Source: Vermamoeba vermiformis | Lineage: Eukaryota | Direction: 5' to 3' | Assembly: GCA_045837725.1 (NCBI GenBank) | Contig: JBEWZL010000066.1 | Coordinates: forward strand, 434,001 to 498,000 | DNA: 64,000 nucleotides | Part shown: piece after piece, positions 53,125 to 64,000 of the stretch | Layout: each line of letters opens with the position of its first letter | Numbering within the stretch: the first letter of the stretch is position 1 | Made by a program: the position numbers and the translations under genes | Notes under the pieces: generated by a model | What the model was told of the DNA's origin: nothing | Databases searched by the model: none | What the model saw: the letters and a program-made list of their open reading frames with translations, nothing else

Positions 53125-55513
53125 ATGAAGTGCTTCATTATCGCTACTATCTTCTTAGTATCTTTAGGGCTCTCCGTGGCTCAGTTAGAGCTCGAAGCCG
53201 AGTGGATTCACGTTGGCAAACCTGCAGCGAGCGAAAAAATTTCAATGCTCGTTGGATTGCAACAAAAAAATGTAGAAATATTAGAGGTACGTATTGGAAT
53301 GTAAAGTTAGGTTTTTCTAAAAGAAAAAACTAATTTTTAAATTTAGGCCAAGGCTCTCTCGGTCAGCGATCCAGACTCACCGGAATACGGTACCGTACAA
53401 TATAAACCATTGTATATCCTGCACGTATAATAATAAGATTTTCAGGCAAGTTCCTCTCGATGGAAGAAATTAAAGCTCTCGTTTCTCCAAGCAAGAAGGA
53501 TCACGACATCGTGTTCAACTACTTTGCCCAAAAAGGTAATAGAGCATAATATCGTAATGATAAGGGTTTCTTTAACTCCTTTTTTAGGATGCAAAGTCGA
53601 TACTTTCTCGGATGCCTTAGCCGTTGAATGCAGCATTGCTACCGTGGAGCGAATGTTCAACACTGAGTTCGCCGTCTACAAGCACGAGAAAGAAGGTAAG
53701 GGTAATGAAACTACGTGAAGAATTTTATTAATCTCGTTACAGATGCTCGTCTCGTTCGTCACATGAAGGCATACACTATTCCCCAAGAAATTCTTAGTCG
53801 TATCGATATCTTGACCACCGCTGAGGGTCAATGTCGCATTTTCCAACGCAAGGCCAAAAAGATGAAGGAAAGAGCTGGCCAAGTGTTCCAAAACAGGTAC
53901 GTTGTTGGTAGTAGTGAAAGATGATTTCTGATGGTTTTCCAGATGTAGCAACAGTAGCGCCTCGCCCTACGGATACGTGCATCCTGCCTTCTTGCGAAAG
54001 ATGTACGGCTTCCCCGATTCGCTGTTCCCTGCTGTCAGCAACTTAGCTAGTCAAGCCATTGGCGAGCTCGGTGGCGTTGGATTTCCTTACTACTTGTAAG
54101 AGACCGTTCTTGTAAGGAATTTACTTGCAGGACTAATTTCCGCTTTAGTGACCTTCAAAACTGGGCTAATTTGACTAATACCGAGTACGCGAACTTCACT
54201 AACTTCCCCGGTGGTACTGGCAGCCTTTTTGGTGCAGCTGTTGAGAGTACACTCGACGCTGAATACATTCAAGCTATTGGTCAAGGAGGTACGTAATATT
54301 TGACCCGTCAGCACTGCGATGGGAGTCTAATTATCGTTTTGAAGTTCCAACGTGGTACCATTATGCCCCCGGTTGGATGTTGGACATCACAGTGGCGTTG
54401 AACAACATCTCGAAGATTCCTCAAGTTTTCTCGTTGTCCTATGGTTGGGAAGAGTTCGATCAATGCGACTCGCAATTCACTGGGTACGTTCAATTACTAA
54501 CACATATAAGTCAGTTCCACTTACGTGTCCTACAGTACTGATTGCCACGGATGGACAGCTGCTCAATACATCAAGCGTACTGACGTCGAGTTCGCAAAGC
54601 TCGCGGCTCGTGGTGTCTCGGTTTTTGTCGCTTCAGGTGACGAGGGAGCTCCTGGTGAGCTGAACAATCAGTGCGTCAGTCCTGCTGGTAAACAACGTAA
54701 GTACAGCGTACCTTTGCAAGTGCGACAACTCACACCGTGGCAGTGGGTTCTCTCTACCCCGAGTCATCACCGTGGGTAACTACAGTGTCAGCCACTACTC
54801 CCATCATCACATCGGGCAGCTACGACATTGGCATGCCTCCTTTGTGTGACCAGACTACCTATCCGTGCTTGAATCAGCACGTCGAAGAAGTTGCCTGTCT
54901 GTGGAACAACACTTACTACTACTGGACAACAGGTGGTGGTTTTAGCATTGACACTCCTATGCCTTCGTATCAACAGGCCGCTGTCAAGAAGTACTTGAGT
55001 TTGGGTCCTAGCAACTTGCCCGCTCCTGGCCTCTTCAATCCCAAAAACCGTGCTTATCCTGACATTAGCGCTGCTGGTGCTCGCTTCTTGTATTTGGTCG
55101 ACAACGTAGTGACCGTCGTTGGTACGTTAATAGTTCTAGTAATTAGCACGAAATAACCAATTCACGAAGAGGGAACAAGCGCATCTGCTCCAATCGTGGC
55201 TGCTTTCGTTTCGTTGATTAATGCATATCGAATGGATCAAAACAAGCCTCCTCTTGGCTTCTTAAATCCATTGATTTACAAACTGGGTACTTCAAATCCC
55301 GCAATTTTCAACGACATTACCATCGGAACTAATCGCTGCACCGTCGATGGCTATTGTTGTCCGTATGGATATGACGCAACTAAGGGCTGGGACGCTGTCG
55401 TAAGTCATAATGGAATAACCAAAAAAGATTTTGTGTTAAATTAATTATTTCCGCAGACTGGATTTGGCTCGATCCGCTTCGACAAATTCTTCGAGGTAGT
55501 GAAAAAGCTATAA
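53125..55513 (+). CDS. Sedolisin (S53) / tripeptidyl-peptidase I-like serine-carboxyl peptidase
   Basis: Signal peptide and prodomain VSDPDSPEYGK. Catalytic ESTLDAEY, SLSYG, ASGDEGA, RAYPDISA and GTSASAP. Ca-site GWDAV|TGFGS. Confidence 0.93.
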
Positions 55514-55748
55514 TATTTTCCATTCAAACATTTGGCCTGGATAGAATCTTTGGCTTCGTACCTCATCCCATTAATAAAATATCGTTGCTTGACTTATTTG
55601 TTATCATAGCTAAATATATGATATAATTTTGTGGTTGTGCATCGCACGCGTGTGTTTGTGTCCCGTGTAACGTTTTGGAATTGTTAAACTAAAAAAGATT
55701 TGACACTGTGCAGATTTTTGGCCCAAGTGTCAACGACTACACAGCAAG

Positions 55749-57318
55749 ATGCAGTCAAATTATCGTCTGTTGATCGTAATATTATTTTATACCGCATTAA
55801 TCGCGGGTAATAATGCGCTGGAGGTAAGCCTAAGGATCGAATCCGGATCTAATTACTTAAAATCCAAAATTCAATTTATTATTTGGCTAAATAAAATGTT
55901 TGCTAACATATATTAAATAGATGCTAACAACAGTTGCCTACAGCGATCTAGCAACATTTTCTACAACGAACACCATTACATCCGCTGGCGGAGATTACGT
56001 AATGATGTTTTTGTATCAATCGGGCACTTCAATAGCGATCTTTAAGAGAAATTCAGACGGATTCTACAATCTTGTAAATACAATCAACACAGCGAGCGCG
56101 GTCAGCGGTGTCGCCACGAATGGAAACTGGTTCTCCTACGTCCTTAGCACCGGATCTGCTCAAATCTTTCAGCTCAACGGCGGCTCAATTGTTAATGCGA
56201 CGTCATATTCTAACGCTGGCTTATATACGAACATACTATCGGACGATTCGGTGCTATTTTTAGACACCTCTTCCATCAAGACTTATCAGCTGGTCTCTGG
56301 CAGTTGGACATTGGTGGACACAAGCTCAGTGACACTGCCTGCAAGCACCATGTATCCACCGTACCACTTGACGGATACCACGCTTGCCATCTACGAGTCA
56401 GGAACATCTTTAGTCAAGCTGTACACGAGAAACAACAGTTCGTGGGTCAAGCAGGATCAGTTCTCGTTCTCCACTCAAGTCTCGCGCATCATTTGGACTG
56501 GCGATGACACTGTTGTTTTGACGAATCACTTGAGCGCTAGCGACCCCCAAGGAACTGTATGGATCTACGTCAAAGTGAATAACGTAACGTGGACCAACGT
56601 GAACACAACCACAGCAACTGATATTGGCGTTACAACAGTCGGCTACTTTGGTCAGAGTGTAGCACTTCTCGACCAGAACAACATTGCCGTGAGTGCCCCA
56701 TTCGACGGCATTGATGCCACACGCTACTACGACAGCGGCAGCGTGTTTTTATTGACACGCTCTGGCTCGGGTTCGTGGAGCTACTCGGCTAGATTGCGAC
56801 CGTTATTGCGCGGTCCTGTGTATGGATCGTCGCTTGCTGCAAGTGGACGAGACTTGCTGATTGGTCAATGTGCTCTTCAAACTGACGTGAATGCCAAGTT
56901 AAAGGTGGATTGTTCATTCCACCCTCTCCCGCTCTGCTTTCAAGAGCCGATCAACGTCACTTGCAACGATGTGACATTTGACACGTGCACAACTTTTCCC
57001 AGCTTGTCAGGCCTCGAGATGTTCACGGTCAACAATCCTCTCTGCGGTAACACGGCAAGCAATTTGGACCGCGTGCATTTCAGCGGAGCATCACTGGTCG
57101 TGGACATGACCTTCACTCGCAATTACGTAGCACCCGCAACGTGCAACATCACTCTCACTTGTCCGAGTGCACCCGTTGTGCGCGCTCCTGATGGTAGTGT
57201 CGTGCCTGTAGCACCGCAACCAGGAAAGACTCCCTCTTCAAGCAGCGTCAGCAGTGCAGTTACGTTGTCTTCGTTCGTGATTGCGAATTTACTTTCGCTT
57301 TTGTTAATTGTACAATAG
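55749..57318 (+). CDS. Secreted, probably GPI-anchored beta-propeller surface protein with integrin-alpha-type FG-GAP repeats
   Basis: Signal exon MQSNYRLLIVILFYTALIAG, intron 55824-55920. YFGQSVAL..IAVSAP..SGSVFL and YGSSLAASG. Cys-rich region, Pro/Ser stalk and hydrophobic C-terminus. Confidence 0.8.
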
Positions 57319-57454
57319 AAAATCGAATTGATTGATAAATTTATTATAAGGTTGTGATGAAAAGTTGGACCGCTGGTCCCTTGCTATTTTTGTCAAATTC
57401 AAAAATTGTTCAATTCCAAGCTTCGAGGAAGATACTACAGACCACAGCTGTAAC

Positions 57455-60400
57455 ATGGAGGTGGATAGTGGCGCAACTTCCTTGCTGGATTTGCCGAATG
57501 ACGTTCTCACACAAATCCTTAAATTACTACCGTTAGTTCCCGATGTTTGGAGTTGCATATTGGTAATTTAATACCATTTTTAGCCACAAAATTAGAGCTA
57601 ATTTAATATTTGGGGCGAATCTAGGTTTGCAAGCATCTAAAAAATGTTTGTAATCTTCCAACAATTTGGAACTGCGTCACTGTTCAAACTTCAGCGTTCA
57701 AGAGACGGAAAAGAAATTATTATGATCCTGAGGACGAAAATATGAAGCTCAAGAAAACGACTTTGTCAATTAATCCAAGACAGCTCGTGAAATTTATATT
57801 AAATAATCACGCAAAGGATATAATTGAGCTAGATCTGACTGGTGCAATTTTTGAGACCGAGGTAAATTTGATTTTTAATGAAAGGATCAGATCAAAAAAA
57901 ACTCCATTATTGACCGCGTTATTAATTTTAGCGCGATCATAATAACAGAAGAAAAATATACTCTAGACGAGCTGCTTTGAATGACTCGGAGGAAATTACG
58001 AATCTGCTGACAGATTTACTTCTTCGCCTTCCGAATATTCAACGATTGAGTTTACGAGCTACTGGCTGGGAATCTGGCTCAAAACCATTACGTAAGTCCA
58101 TATCACGATTCAATCTTGATTTTCTGACCCTCATATTGCCCATCAAGCGAACCTCCGCGGATTGGGTCGTGAGTCGACGTTGCGCGAGCTCAATTTGAAC
58201 CAATCAACGCTATTAAATCTTAAACCGAGGCAATTGAAGCGCCTGCTAAAGATTTGCCCCAAGTTAGAGACGCTGTTCGTTGCTGGTTTGTCCTTGGATG
58301 CGAGCAGTGCAGATATTTTAATCAAATACGGCAAAAAACTAAAGTCCCTCGATCTTACGAGCAGTGCCGCTTCGAATGCCCATTTGGTTCGAGAATTGCC
58401 GGATCTGACCTTGCTCATAAGTACGTCGTAGCTTTTACATCCTAACGTTACTGACTCTTACAGACATGAAAAATGAATGGGAAGCGAATAGACTGCCCAG
58501 TGAAGATTTTTCCAGCATACGAGAAAACATTACCGTTGTGACTAACCCTAATTTGAGGTAAATATTACTTCATGGTCTTCACGACGATTTTAACTAATTC
58601 AATTCCTACTCGTAGAAACTCGATTTGGAAGGCCAGTACGGCAGAGATTACGGGCATTATTCCGGCCATTAAGAACTTGACCTTTTGCGATGTGTTCGGC
58701 TCAACGTTATTCCACAAATTTGTCGACGCAGATACCTCTCTGAACACGTCTGCTCTCTTAGAACATCTCGTTAGAAATCTTGGCTTCAACGTTAATGTAT
58801 CGTAAGTAGTACCGTCTATCAAAGCACAAAATACTTAGTCAAATGTAGCGTGGTTGATCGTGATCGCGTGAGAATTAACCCGTGGGTCTCGAACTTCCCG
58901 TACGACACTGCCCACGACAACATGTACGGCGATGTTAACTGGAATCATGCTACCGCTAAGACTCTCGAAGTGGTAAGTCTAGTGACCTATGTTGGTGGCA
59001 TTGTGCTTATTTGTATCAGGGCGACACCGCGTTACATAAAGCCGTAAAAATGAATCGCATTTGGCACGCAAAATAGCTTGATTTCTGTGGGTGCTAATGT
59101 CAATGCACGCAACAAGTACGTCCTACATCGGTCCGTTACACTTGTAAATAACGTTAACATTCGATGTTTTAGGGAGGGCCGAACACCTCTGTGTTACGCG
59201 AACCACGAAGAGGCAGTCCATGAGTTGCTCAAGGCAGGTGCTGATGTGAAAGTTATTGATAGACACGGCTGGTCTGTCGTGATGAATTTCATCGCTAACA
59301 AGTCCCGACTGCCAAATCGTAAGTGAATCTATTGTCCATCATTTCATTAATTATTTGCACGCAGCCCAAGTGCCTGCTGCCGCCAGAGCTCGAATTGTCG
59401 ACGATTTAATTAAGGCTGGTGTTGCTGTTGAACATCGTGCCAAATCGGGACTTTCGGCCCTCGAGGTAAGAACATCAACAAGGAAATGGAGGCTTTACTT
59501 AATGAGTCTTCAGATTGCTTTGCTGAGCGCTGATTGGTCGATGGCCGAGTCGATGTTGAAGCATTCAATACCTCCTAGCAAAGACGTTCCCAAGAACAGT
59601 TTAGGTCCGCTGCACTGTCTCTGTTTAGCAAAGGTTGCAGACGATGGAGTACAAGCCCAACACCAGACTGTGAGTATTAATAGCTGCCACAAAAGGGCGA
59701 GCATTAACAATTGTCCTAGTTGGCGGCGTTGCTCAACTCCGAGTCAGCTGAATTGTTCCGCACCGACGACCAAGGTCAAACTGCCATGCACGTAGCTTGC
59801 ATCATCAAGCGATATGACCTCGCTAATAGAATGTTGGTGTAAGTCTTTGGCTTGGAAAACTAACGCGACATTCACTGACCGGAACAGACACGCGAGTTCA
59901 GAAGAGGCAGTCAAGTTGTTCTCAATGCCTGACAAATCGGGCTATACTGCACTGCACTACGCGTTCTTGCCAGAATTGAAAGAAGAAGCTCCCGATCGCA
60001 ATCTGCCCTCGTACAGCAGAAGCATGTTGGTGAACGGCAAAGACACGTGGGTGAAGAATTTGAAGCAAGTCAAAGCAAAGCTGCCTTCGTTAGTTGTGGA
60101 GCACGAAGAATTTTTCGTGAATCTGATGCAAGTCACCGGTCTCGATGTGAACGTCAAGTCGCAACACAATGAGACCCCGTTGTTGCTCTTGTGCAAGTCA
60201 ATTTGCTCGGACGAAGTCGCTTCTAAATTAGCGCGTCGATTGCTCGAATGCAGCGCCGATCCAAACATTGCTGTAAGCTCTCACCACTTGTTTATATTTC
60301 GCTAGTTTACTGACGGCAGTATCAAGGATGATCAAGGCACAACGCCGTTACAATTAGCAGCGTACGCCCAAAAAGAAGAATTAGTCAAGTTGCTGCTCAA

Positions 60401-62632
60401 GCACAATGCCGATGCCAATTTATCAGATCGCAAAGGAATCAACGCGTTACTTGCCGCTACCATCGGGTGTTTGAAGGTGACAGAAGAATTTGCCGAGCAG
60501 CGCAAGAGAATTGACCAATATAACTCTAACAACGACGAGATCGGCGCTCAAATCGACGATAAGTCGGAGAGGGCTATTCAAAAGGTCCATGGCATCTTGG
60601 ATGCGTTGTTGCCTGTGACAAAGGACGTGAACAAGCCCGAGGACGTAAGTTCTACCATCATTCGATGATGAGTTAAATTGACATCTTATTGACGCAGGTT
60701 TTGGGCAAAACGGCGTTACACTACTTGTGCGCGTGTACTTCTGTCACCGAAGACATCAAAAAGTTTGTCCAGGAGTACGGAGCAAGCATGGAGGTCCGAG
60801 ACATCATCGGCGAAACACCAATCCACGATACGCTGCGAAAGTCTAACTGGCAGAATTTGAAGACCTTGATTGACTTGGGTTGTGACGTGAACTCTGTAGG
60901 CTCACGCGGTTGTTCACGTACGTATATCATACAACATTACAGCTGTGGTCATTCGATTAATGATTGGTTCAACGCAGCTCTCCACAAAGCACTTTCAACA
61001 TCCGAAATCTACCGATTGTCACGAGTCGAAGGAGATATATTTGCTGAGGGCTACAAGATTGTCGGGTAAGCACAACACGCCCTTTGAAAGTCTTGTCTTA
61101 ACGGTGTTGGCAGTCACTCTTTGGTCTTCTATCCCTCGTGGCTTTGGGTGAGCATTGAAGAGGACGAAACAACAGTTAACAACAACAATCGCGTGTATCG
61201 CAACGATTGGGAGTACTACGAGCAAATGTATCGACTGATCTTCGTGTTGTTTACCGTAGCTGACAAGCTGGACTTCAACCTCGTGAATAGCCGTGGTGAA
61301 TTGCCACTTCATTTGGTAATATCGGTAAAGCCTGGCTTAAGGTTGTATCTGACATTCTATATTTAGGCTTGGTTCTTTGACGAGGAAGAACGAGTTTGGG
61401 TCGACACCGTGTTCGCTGACTTCCCGTACGTACCCGAAGAACGTGAGCAAACAAGACCTCGCGTGGGTCATTCCTTTGTTGATGTTGGAGCACGCTACAA
61501 AAGAGCAGCTCAATACGCTCGACAAAACTGGTCAGAGTCCATTCCACGCTTTACTGTGCACCAACTACGTGCGCCCAAGTTATTACTCAACGCGATCACC
61601 GACGTTCAAACCAGGGTATGTGACATGTATTCTGTAAATGAGCAGTATTAACTCCTGCGTAGTGTGACAAAGATCGTCAAGATGTGCTTGGACAAAGGTG
61701 CCGATATTGCAGTTACGACTTCAGACGACGAGAACAGTCTCACTATGGCTTGCAGGAACAATGTTTACAGTGATATTCTAGAGCTTTTGCTTAACCACAG
61801 CACCAGCGGTAAGTCACTCTTCCGAAGTCTTTTATCTTCTAATTATGGCTCAGAAGCGTTGGGCAACACGGTTGACAGCAGCGGTGACACGCTGTTGCAT
61901 AAAATCCTCAGTGTCAATCGCGATACCCGCGACGAAAATGACGCTGCCGTTACTCTGCTTCTAGAGCGGTTTCCGGAGCTCATCAACGAGTACAATAATG
62001 AAGGCTTTACACCGCTGATGGTCTTTATCAAGGATTTCGATTACAGCAGTTACAACAGGGTACGAGAGACTATTCGCAATCCTTAACAGGACCCTAACAA
62101 TTGGCACAGGGAACTCCACCCAAGTCGAAAGTCAGCGAAACTCTGTTGAAGTTCAAAGGCATCGATGTCAATGCACGCAGCCAGAGCACGGGTGAAACTG
62201 CACTGCATTTATTGTGCTCGTGGTGGTTCCCGTTCAGCATTTTTGGTGCATTCTACAACAACTCTGATTTGTTTTACCACCTCGGAAATGATAACATGCT
62301 CGTTCAACTGATTGAGGGTAAGTCACTTAAAGTTTTGGCAGAGCATCTAACAATTCGACGTAGCCGGTGCCGATCCGTCTATTCAGGATAATTCCGGAAG
62401 AACTTGCTATGATATTTTACCAAACCTTCGCCAGATTGTAGATAAATATGGACAATTCATGCTTCGGAAGGCAAAATTATCCGCTCTTCCCAAGCTGGAG
62501 CAAGAACTGGGTGAGAATCAACAAACGAGAATCTTGGACATGCTTCAAGTTACATTTGCACATCCCCAACATGGTGCCAATAATGATCAGAATGATGACG
62601 ATAATGATCTTGGATTTGGTTTGTTTGACTGA
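57455..62632 (+). CDS. F-box + LRR + multiple ankyrin-repeat protein with a ribosomal P-stalk-like C-terminal motif
   Basis: F-box LLDLPNDVLTQILKLL..|VCKHLKNV. LRRs (LPNIQRLSL, CPKLETLFV, LKSLDLT). Many ankyrins (GDTALHKAV, GRTPLCYA, GYTALHYA, GTTPLQLAA, GKTALHYL, GETALHLL). Last exon 62364-62632 ends NDDDNDLGFGLFD*. Confidence 0.85.
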
Positions 62633-62707
62633 AAATGGAGGGTTTGTTGGGTCATTTTATAATAAATATTGGGGCTTGTTTTACATAATTAGAAATATAT
62701 ATATTAT

Positions 62708-64000
62708 CTACAGGTCGGCAGATTGACTGGTGCTTGTATGCGTGTTAACCCCAGCGAGCGACTGACGCGTCTGACGATTCTTGGACGCGTTGTTCGATTT
62801 GTCCGTGGAGGAGTTACTGGAACCATTCTTGCGGAAGAAGATCAACGACTGCATCAAGTCGAGAGTGTCCAACACTACGAAGATACAGAACCAGAGAGAG
62901 CCGCGACCTGAAGGTGAGGACAGGCCAGTGATAACTACAGCCAGGAACAGTGCTGCATTAGCGATCAAACAGATTCCAACACCGATAGCCCTGAACGTGA
63001 TCTGTTATTTGCTAGTCAGTACTTTCATCAATAGAGGCAATACTACAGAAGAACTTACGCGTTCAAGTCGCTTCTTGGTGCTTTTTTTATGTTTTAAAAT
63101 GACGATGATCTTTCCTGCGGTGACCAAGTAGAATATGGCGAGACCAAGGGAGACTGCTGCGTTGAAAGACCCGTTGACTTGAGTCCAAGTGGTTGTCGGC
63201 ACCGCTACAGAATGTTTAATTCAAACTGCTAAATTGTACTTTTTCTTGCAGCTACGTACTAATTGGATAAACGAAAGCAATGGCACGGAGTGTTCCGAAT
63301 GCGATCTCACAACCAAACAACAGGCCGATAATGATGAAGAAAGGCACTTTGAATTTACCCACGAGTTGGTTGACATTGAGTGACATGCCGTGGATGACAT
63401 CGTGCCTAATAAAGGCATCGTTAATATCAAACCAAGAACCGGACGATAGAGTTAACTTACCAATAGAAGGTGATGAGAATAGTGACCGTTAGTGTGAACG
63501 GTTGCGACAAAGTCCATAATGCATGGCCAGCTGAATACGGGTAAATTTGCCGAGAAAACAGTGGATCCACTACAAGAAGATGGTTAAGACCAAATAGTTA
63601 TATTCGACAACGTAGCACCGCAATGTTACAAAAATGAAATCTAAAAATACTCACCGGCAACGTAAGCAAAGCGAACTAAAAAAATAGTTGGTTAATAAAT
63701 AACTCACCTTGATCGTTTAAAGATCAGACTGACTTATATTTCCCGAAATGATCAACACCAAGCAAATAATAGGCAATTTTCGGCGTGTTCCGTGCGCCAA
63801 CAAGTTAAGCATAAGGTTCACTGCGCTAAATACAATCAAGAAAGCGGAGTAGGTGCCCAAAAACGCCGAGAAGAATGGCATAAAGGTTTCGTTCCATATT
63901 AACCAAGGATTATTGCCTAATAAAAATATTGAATTTAGCAAAATTTATACAGTCGAAAATTAATCTAAAAAAGGGTTTTCTGAATTAAACGTGAATTAAG
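62708..64000 (-). CDS. Multipass membrane protein (possibly 7TM-like); 5' end lies beyond the window
   Basis: Consecutive hydrophobic exons (FFSAFLGTYSAFLIVF; LPIICLVLIISGNI; AAVSLGLAIFYLVTAG; LWFCIFVVLDTLDLMQSLIF) with a Ser-rich tail. Confidence 0.7.

Noticed and set aside
62448-62726. 92-aa ORF MDNSCFGRQ...
   Set aside because: Wrong frame. The splice phase from the preceding exon (GAG G|CC GGT GCC GAT) selects the frame that continues an ankyrin repeat and ends in GFGLFD*.
1-64000. Prokaryotic systems (operons, CRISPR arrays, IS elements), tRNA/rRNA genes, transposons
   Set aside because: The sequence is spliceosomal-intron-rich eukaryotic DNA. I saw no repeat-spacer arrays, transposase/RT ORFs or recognisable structural RNA genes by eye; tRNAscan-SE and Infernal were not run.

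Overview
This is eukaryotic nuclear DNA: AT-rich and gene-dense, with many short GT-AG introns. The gene content suggests a free-living protist, possibly an amoebozoan, but that is inference. The ORF track therefore shows exon fragments, and I spliced genes by eye. There are about 25 genes: a G8-domain protein, an F-box/LRR protein, an extended SDR, a GH13 amylase, a large F-box protein, an ependymin-related protein, a divergent Ras, an M28 aminopeptidase, a HAD phosphatase, a four-copy tandem array, two FG-GAP proteins, an ABCG half-transporter, a fumarate reductase-cytochrome b5 fusion, an ankyrin-RasGEF, a P4-ATPase, a sedolisin, an F-box/LRR/ankyrin protein and a multipass membrane protein. 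Most notable observations: (1) the F-box/LRR/ankyrin protein ends in DDDNDLGFGLFD*, a near-exact copy of the ribosomal P-stalk C-terminal motif, in an exon the ORF track missed; (2) four tandem paralogues (19.7-31.8 kb) combine a degenerate small-GTPase domain, ankyrin repeats, a BC/SOCS-box-like motif and a variable C-terminal domain; (3) the Ras has substitutions at G12, G13 and Q61 equivalents; (4) one gene body is sharply CpG-depleted; (5) several +1 frame breaks recur. Gene coordinates are start-to-stop spans including introns. No database searches were run.
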